39,773 bases of DNA, from NCBI GenBank assembly GCA_965215005.1, contig CBDCCZ010000002.1:1-39773 (forward strand), written 5' to 3'. Positions 34,641 through 39,773 of the stretch are shown here, one piece after another; positions within the stretch are counted from its first letter, which is position 1, and the number at the start of each line of letters is the position of its first letter. The translations under genes and the position numbers were made by a program. Under the pieces are notes generated by a model. The model searched no databases. It was not told where the DNA came from and saw nothing but the letters and a program-made list of their open reading frames with translations. This DNA is from Kofleriaceae bacterium (lineage in GTDB: Bacteria > Myxococcota_A > Polyangia > Haliangiales > Haliangiaceae).

Positions 34641-34845
34641 GAGCCGCCGCCGGCTCGGGGGCTCGATGGGCGCGGGAGTGTGCGCACGCTGCACGCTTTA
34701 GGGATTTCCCTACCCGTCCTGCACGGGTGAAACACCTCCTTTCGCGGCCCGCGCAGAGCCCGCACTGGCGCCCGATTGCTGATTTGCGCTTGCGGACCGT
34801 TGCTTCGTCGAGCTAGTGGGCGCGCCAGAACGATAGGAGCAGCCC

Positions 34846-36738
34846 ATGCCTACCAGACCCACGAACGTCCCGACCCCCGCGTTGGCGCCAGCGCCGCGCC
34901 CCGGCGCAGCCAACGAATCGTCGCTGCAGCCCGAGATGCCGGCGCGGCACGCTCGCGGCACCGGCAGTCCGCCGCTGGTGGCGCTCGATCGCGGCGAGCT
35001 GCACGCCGCAGCGCCGGTACCTGCAACGCATCACCCGGCCACCACCGCGGCCGAGCAGCTGGTCGCTGCGTTGGTCGCGGCCGGCGTCGACACCTTCTTT
35101 GGCATCCCGGGCGGTCCGGTGTCGCCGGTGTTCGACGCAGTCCTGCGCCACGGCGGGACGCGGCTGATCGAGTCGCGCCACGAGACCTCCGCCGCGTTTG
35201 CCGCCGCCGGCTATCACCGCGCCACCAATCGCGTGCCCGCGGTCATCGTCACCGCTGGTCCCGGTGCCACCAACGTCGTCACCGGGGTGGTCTCGGCCCA
35301 CCTGTCGCGGGTTCCGATGGTGGTGATCTGCGGCGATGTCGCGTGGGCGGCCAGCGGCGGGCGGATGTTGCAAGACACCGGTCCCGAGGGCATCGGCATC
35401 GAGCGAATGCTCGCCCACGTCACCCGCGCCCAGCTGCGCGTCGCCTCTCCGCAGAGCGCCGCTGCACAAGCCGTGGCCGCCGTGGCTGCCGCCACCGAGC
35501 CGGCCCGTCCGGGTCCAGCGCTGCTGGTGGTACCGATTCACCTCGCCCGCGGCGCCGCCAGCCCCGCGCCGGTGATCTTGCCGGCCGCCGCGCCAGTTGC
35601 CGCCCCCGCCGCCGACGCTGTGCGCCAAGCGTGCTGGCTGCTTGCCAGCGCGCGGCGCCCGCTGCTGGTGCTCGGCACCGGCTGTCGCGCCGTTGCCGAC
35701 GACGTTCGCCGGTTGGTCGATGCCTTCGACGTGCCGTTCGTGACCACTCCGCAAGCCAAAGGCGTGGTGAGCGAGGAACATCCGCGGTCGCTGCGTCACG
35801 GCGGACTCGCCGCCTCGATGTGGGCGCGAGCCTATACCGCCGAGGGCGTCGATGCCGCGGTCGTGCTCGGCACCGATCTAGACGATTGCTCCGTGGGCCC
35901 AACGCCGTATATCAGCGCCGGCGGGCGCCTGATTCACGTCGACCTCGACCCCACCGTCTTTCACAGAAACTTGCCGACCCATTTGGCCGTCGTGGCCGAC
36001 GTGGGCGCGTTCGCCCGAGCGATGTACGAGGAGGTTGTCGCGGCCGGCATTCGCCACGGTCACGGCAGTGCCCTGGTGCGCGAGCTGCGCCGACAGTCGG
36101 CATTCGATGCCGCCGACTTCGCCTGTGACCAAAGCGCGATCATTCGGCCGCAGCGGGCGATCGCAGATTTGGAAGCCGCGGCCGGACCCGAGGCTTGGTT
36201 CGTCACCGACATCGGCGAGCACATGCTGTTCGCGCTTCACTACCTCACGGCGCGCGGTCCTGATCGCTTTACCATCGGGCTCAACCTCGGCAGCATGGGC
36301 TCAGGCATCACCTCCGCCATCGGAATGGCCCTGGCGGAACCACGGCGGCGCGTGGTCTGCGTGTGTGGCGACGGCGGCATGCAGATGGTTGGCATGGAGG
36401 CGCTGGTCGCGCTGCGCGAGTCCGCGCCGATCATCTTCGCGGTCTTCAACGACGCCCGCTACAACATGGTCTATCACGGCTATAAGCAAGTGTTTGGCCG
36501 TGAGGCGCCGTGGGACTCGCCGTGGGTCGACTTTGCCGGTTGGGCGCGGTCGATGGGCATGACCGGCGTGCGCATCAATCATCCGGGAGAAATCACCGCC
36601 GCGCTGCTCGACCGCATCAGCGCCGCTCGAGTCCCGGCGGTGCTCGACATCCGCATCGACCGCGAGGTGCGGATGAAGGGCGGCGGTCGCAACGAAGCGC
36701 TGCAACACATGTCGATGCTTGCGGAAGAGGAGAGCTGA
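34846..36738 (+). CDS. ThDP-dependent enzyme (acetolactate-synthase-like / acyloin synthase)
   Basis: GGAG RBS; FGIPGG, RHETSAAF (catalytic Glu), TAGPGATN, DIGEH, GSMGSG and GDGG...FND..YNMV. Confidence 0.92.
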   Translation: MPTRPTNVPTPALAPAPRPGAANESSLQPEMPARHARGTGSPPLVALDRGELHAAAPVPATHHPATTAAEQLVAALVAAGVDTFFGIPGGPVSPVFDAVLRHGGTRLIESRHETSAAFAAAGYHRATNRVPAVIVTAGPGATNVVTGVVSAHLSRVPMVVICGDVAWAASGGRMLQDTGPEGIGIERMLAHVTRAQLRVASPQSAAAQAVAAVAAATEPARPGPALLVVPIHLARGAASPAPVILPAAAPVAAPAADAVRQACWLLASARRPLLVLGTGCRAVADDVRRLVDAFDVPFVTTPQAKGVVSEEHPRSLRHGGLAASMWARAYTAEGVDAAVVLGTDLDDCSVGPTPYISAGGRLIHVDLDPTVFHRNLPTHLAVVADVGAFARAMYEEVVAAGIRHGHGSALVRELRRQSAFDAADFACDQSAIIRPQRAIADLEAAAGPEAWFVTDIGEHMLFALHYLTARGPDRFTIGLNLGSMGSGITSAIGMALAEPRRRVVCVCGDGGMQMVGMEALVALRESAPIIFAVFNDARYNMVYHGYKQVFGREAPWDSPWVDFAGWARSMGMTGVRINHPGEITAALLDRISAARVPAVLDIRIDREVRMKGGGRNEALQHMSMLAEEES

Positions 36739-36739
36739 G

Positions 36740-37807
36740 ATGAAGCCACGTATCGTAGGACTGGGAATGTGGATCCCCGAGCGGGTTCGCGAAAACAGTG
36801 AATGGCCGGCAGAATTTACTGCGCGTCGCCAGAGCGCCCTGCGCGAGCTCATCGACATCCCCGAAGGTGATCGCGGCGATTTTTGCGATCGGGTGGTGGC
36901 CGCACACCTGGCGGCAGAAGCCGGCGACCCATTTCTCGGCACCACTCGACGCCACGTCGCTGATGACTCGATGACCGCCGTCGAGGCCGAAATTCTGGCT
37001 GCGCAGGCCGCGCTCGATGACGCCGGCATCGACGCTATCGATATCGACCTCGTCTGCACCTATTCGGTGGTGCCCGACCGCGTGGTCCCGCCGAGCTCGC
37101 CGCCCGTTGCCTACGGCCTCGGCGCCCATCGCGCCTTGGCAGTCAACATGGAAGTTGCCTGCGCCACCGGCCTCACCCAGCTCGACTACGCCTGCGCGAT
37201 GGTCGAGACCGGTCGCGCCAAGCGGGTGCTTTGCGTGCAGTCGCATCTCATCACCCGCACCTTTGCCTTTATGCACCCGGCCTCGCCCAACGTCGGCGAC
37301 GCGGTCACCGCGTTCGTGGTTGCCGCCGCCGATAGCGGCCCTGCGCTGCTTGGCAGCTGGGGCGTGACACACGGCGAGTACTACGATGCTGTCACCTGGT
37401 GCCGTCCCGCGGATCAGGAGGCTCCTTGGTACAAGGCCGGCCCCGCCTTCTACTTGGGCTCGCGTGATCCTAAAGGCGCGCGCGCCCTCGTGCAGAATGC
37501 GGTGCGGTTTGGCGTCGAGACGGTGCAGGAATGCTGCCTGCGCACCGACATTGCGCCCCAGCGCATCGACGTCTTGGCGTCGGTGCAACCGCGCCGCTGG
37601 ATTCCCGGTGCCATCGCCGAGATCCTCGGCATCCCCGCCGAGCGCGCGCCTCAGACCTTCGATGAGCTCGCGCACTTGGGCGGCTCCGGGGTCATCATGA
37701 ACCTCATCGAAGCCCGCCGCCTTGGCATGCTCGAGCCCGGTGCCATCGTCGCCCTGTACGCGCAAGGCGCAGGATTTGCGCGCATGGCCTCGCTGGTGCG
37801 CTGGTAG
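36740..37807 (+). CDS. Ketoacyl synthase III-like (FabH/thiolase fold) enzyme with a non-canonical active site
   Basis: I.GLG.WIPE.VR.N, EVACAT (catalytic Cys), GDA.TA.VV and GAGF. Starts 1 nt after the ThDP gene stop. Confidence 0.85.
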   Translation: MKPRIVGLGMWIPERVRENSEWPAEFTARRQSALRELIDIPEGDRGDFCDRVVAAHLAAEAGDPFLGTTRRHVADDSMTAVEAEILAAQAALDDAGIDAIDIDLVCTYSVVPDRVVPPSSPPVAYGLGAHRALAVNMEVACATGLTQLDYACAMVETGRAKRVLCVQSHLITRTFAFMHPASPNVGDAVTAFVVAAADSGPALLGSWGVTHGEYYDAVTWCRPADQEAPWYKAGPAFYLGSRDPKGARALVQNAVRFGVETVQECCLRTDIAPQRIDVLASVQPRRWIPGAIAEILGIPAERAPQTFDELAHLGGSGVIMNLIEARRLGMLEPGAIVALYAQGAGFARMASLVRW

Positions 37808-37879
37808 CATCGCGCGATCGGGTCGCCACCGCAGGCTTTCATTGACCGCCCGCCGGCGTTCGCGTCATTCTCCACCAGC

Positions 37880-38992
37880 GTGAACGCGCGGCACGGCGGC
37901 CACGATTTCCCGGTCGAGCTCGGCCGCTACACCTTGGTGGACAAGCTCACCGAAGGGGGCATGGCCGAGATCTATCTCGCCATCGAGCATCTCGCCGCCG
38001 ATACCACTCGCTGGGTTACGATCAAGCGCATCCATCGCCAACACGCCGGCGATCGCGATTTCCTCGAGTTTTTCGCCACCGAGGGCCGAATCGCGCTGCA
38101 GTGCTCCCACCCCAACCTGCCCTACGCGTTTGAGCTCGCCGAGCTCCAGGGTCTGCCGTGTTTGATCCTCGAGTACATTCGCGGCCACACGCTGCTGGTC
38201 CTCCTGCGCCGCGCGCTGCGTCGCCAGCGGCTCTTGTCGCTGCCCTCGGTGATGACGATCGCGATTTCCATCGCCGCCGCCCTCGAGCACGTCCACGCAT
38301 TACGCGACGTCTACGGCAACTCGCTGCGGGTGATCCACCGCGACGTCACGCCGCAGAATGTGATGATAGGCGCCGACGGAGTCGTCAAGCTCATCGACTT
38401 CGGCATCGCGCGCTCCACCCTGCAAACCCACCAAACCATGGTGGGGGTCATCAAGGGCAAGTACGCGTACATGGCGCCCGAGCAGCTGCTCGGCGATGGC
38501 CGTCTCGATCAACGCGCGGACGTTTTCTCCCTGGGGGTCGTGCTCCACGAGTGTCTGTGCGGGCGACCGCTGTTTGCGGGCTCGAGTGACCTCGACACGT
38601 GCGAGCGGGTGCGTCACGCCGTGATTGCCGATCCGCGCGCGGTTCGCGCCGACGTGCCGCGGGAGCTGGCTGCGCTGGTATTGCAGGCGCTCGAGCGCGA
38701 TCCGGCGCAGCGACTTGCCAGTGCCGCTGCGCTGCTCGAAGGCCTCGAGCACATCGCTGAGCGGCACAACCTGGCCCCCTCGCTAACTCGCCTTCGCAGC
38801 GAGCTGACGCTGCTATGTGGCCCCGCGCGAGCAGCGCCAACCGAGCTTCCCGCGGCGCCGCGTCCTCGCGTTGCCACCAGCGCCACGGCCCGCGATCCGC
38901 AGCTTGCGTACTATCTGCAGCGCGCCGGCGCCACCGCCGATGACAACGATGGCCGGGCCCCTGCAGCTGTCATCACGCCGCCAGAGACGTGA
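37880..38992 (+). CDS. Hanks-type Ser/Thr protein kinase (cytoplasmic)
   Basis: GGMAEIY, TIKR, HRDVTPQN, DFGIAR, GKYAYMAPEQ and ADVFSLG. Confidence 0.93.
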   Translation: MNARHGGHDFPVELGRYTLVDKLTEGGMAEIYLAIEHLAADTTRWVTIKRIHRQHAGDRDFLEFFATEGRIALQCSHPNLPYAFELAELQGLPCLILEYIRGHTLLVLLRRALRRQRLLSLPSVMTIAISIAAALEHVHALRDVYGNSLRVIHRDVTPQNVMIGADGVVKLIDFGIARSTLQTHQTMVGVIKGKYAYMAPEQLLGDGRLDQRADVFSLGVVLHECLCGRPLFAGSSDLDTCERVRHAVIADPRAVRADVPRELAALVLQALERDPAQRLASAAALLEGLEHIAERHNLAPSLTRLRSELTLLCGPARAAPTELPAAPRPRVATSATARDPQLAYYLQRAGATADDNDGRAPAAVITPPET

Positions 38993-39005
38993 GGCGCCGT
39001 GCTGG

Positions 39006-39773
39006 CTATTGTGCGCGCGCCATCGCCGGCCGATACAGCTGCTGATAGTACTCCTCGAGCATGCGGTCACTGGAGAAACGCCACTCCGACATCGCAATGC
39101 TGGCCAGCATCATCTTCACCCAGCGATCGCGATGGTCGTAATAGGTGGGCAGCACCTCGCTGCTGAGGGTTTGATACAGCGCCTCGCGATCTCGCTCGTC
39201 GTAGACGCCGGCGGCGGCTTTTTCGACTGACTCTGGTTGGCTATCGTCGCCGATTCGCCAGCCGGTCTCGCCGTGCCGACACCCCTCGGGCCACCACCCG
39301 TCGAGAATGCTCAGATTGAGCACGCCGTTCATCGCCGCTTTCATTCCCGAGGTGCCCGACGCTTCGAGCGGCCGGCGCGGGTTGTTGAGCCAAACGTCAC
39401 AGCCGCGGGTGAGCGCAGCGCCCAAGCTCATCGCGTAGTTCTCGAGGAACACCACGCTGCCAGGCCACCGTCGCGCCGCCTCGACCAGCCGCGACACCAG
39501 CGCCTTGCCAGCGGCATCGCGAGGATGCGCCTTACCGGCAAACACCAGCTGAAGGCGCTGCTCGGCCATCATCGCTTCCAGTCGCTCGGGCTCGCCAAAG
39601 ATGAGGTCTGCGCGCTTATACGCCGCAGCGCGGCGCGCGAAGCCGATGAGTAATCGGTCGGGACGCAGCCGCCGCCCGGTGATGCTTGCGATCTGCGCGA
39701 CGAGCTCGGTCTTCATCTCTTGATGCGCGTCCCACAGATCCCGCGCTCGCTCCTCCTCAGACTTGTCGGGCAC
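39006..39773 (-). CDS. glgP: Alpha-glucan (glycogen/maltodextrin) phosphorylase, C-terminal part; 5' end lies outside the window
   Basis: GFARR.A.YKR, AGKAHP.D, DVWLNNP.RPLEASGTSGMKA.MNG (PLP Lys) and LDGWW.EG. Confidence 0.95.
   Translation of the reverse strand: MPDKSEEERARDLWDAHQEMKTELVAQIASITGRRLRPDRLLIGFARRAAAYKRADLIFGEPERLEAMMAEQRLQLVFAGKAHPRDAAGKALVSRLVEAARRWPGSVVFLENYAMSLGAALTRGCDVWLNNPRRPLEASGTSGMKAAMNGVLNLSILDGWWPEGCRHGETGWRIGDDSQPESVEKAAAGVYDERDREALYQTLSSEVLPTYYDHRDRWVKMMLASIAMSEWRFSSDRMLEEYYQQLYRPAMARAQ

Noticed and set aside
34846..36738. Calling the ThDP gene ilvB
   Set aside because: There is no regulatory subunit or ilvC, it is coupled to a KAS III-like gene, and its motifs diverge from AHAS (DIGEH rather than DVGQHQM).

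Overview
GC-rich, gene-dense bacterial DNA. The gene content (eukaryotic-like Ser/Thr kinases, DUF2378/TIGR02265-like protein, PilZ, FecR-type anti-sigma factor, PrkA) suggests a myxobacterium (Myxococcota); this is inference. About 35 CDSs were identified. Most are housekeeping (purM, purN, pyrC, carA, hisS, yitJ-like, glgP, fxsA), redox or signalling genes. No rRNA, tRNA, CRISPR array or mobile element was seen. The strongest signal is a translationally coupled two-gene operon at 3383-4800: a tandem-duplicated globin/phycobiliprotein-like protein followed by a ferredoxin-dependent bilin reductase (PcyA/PebA/PebB/HY2 family), in an apparently non-photosynthetic host. Second is a DUF2378 / ThDP enzyme / non-canonical KAS III / Ser-Thr kinase cassette at 34044-38992, resembling a minimal acyloin- or furanolide-type biosynthetic module. 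Also seen: recurrent leaderless-promoter architecture, a paired FadR-like operator, a possible Sm/LSm-fold protein, an atypical diheme peroxidase, and two single-G frameshifts in G runs that are probably sequencing errors. All family calls come from motif recognition by eye; no database search was run.
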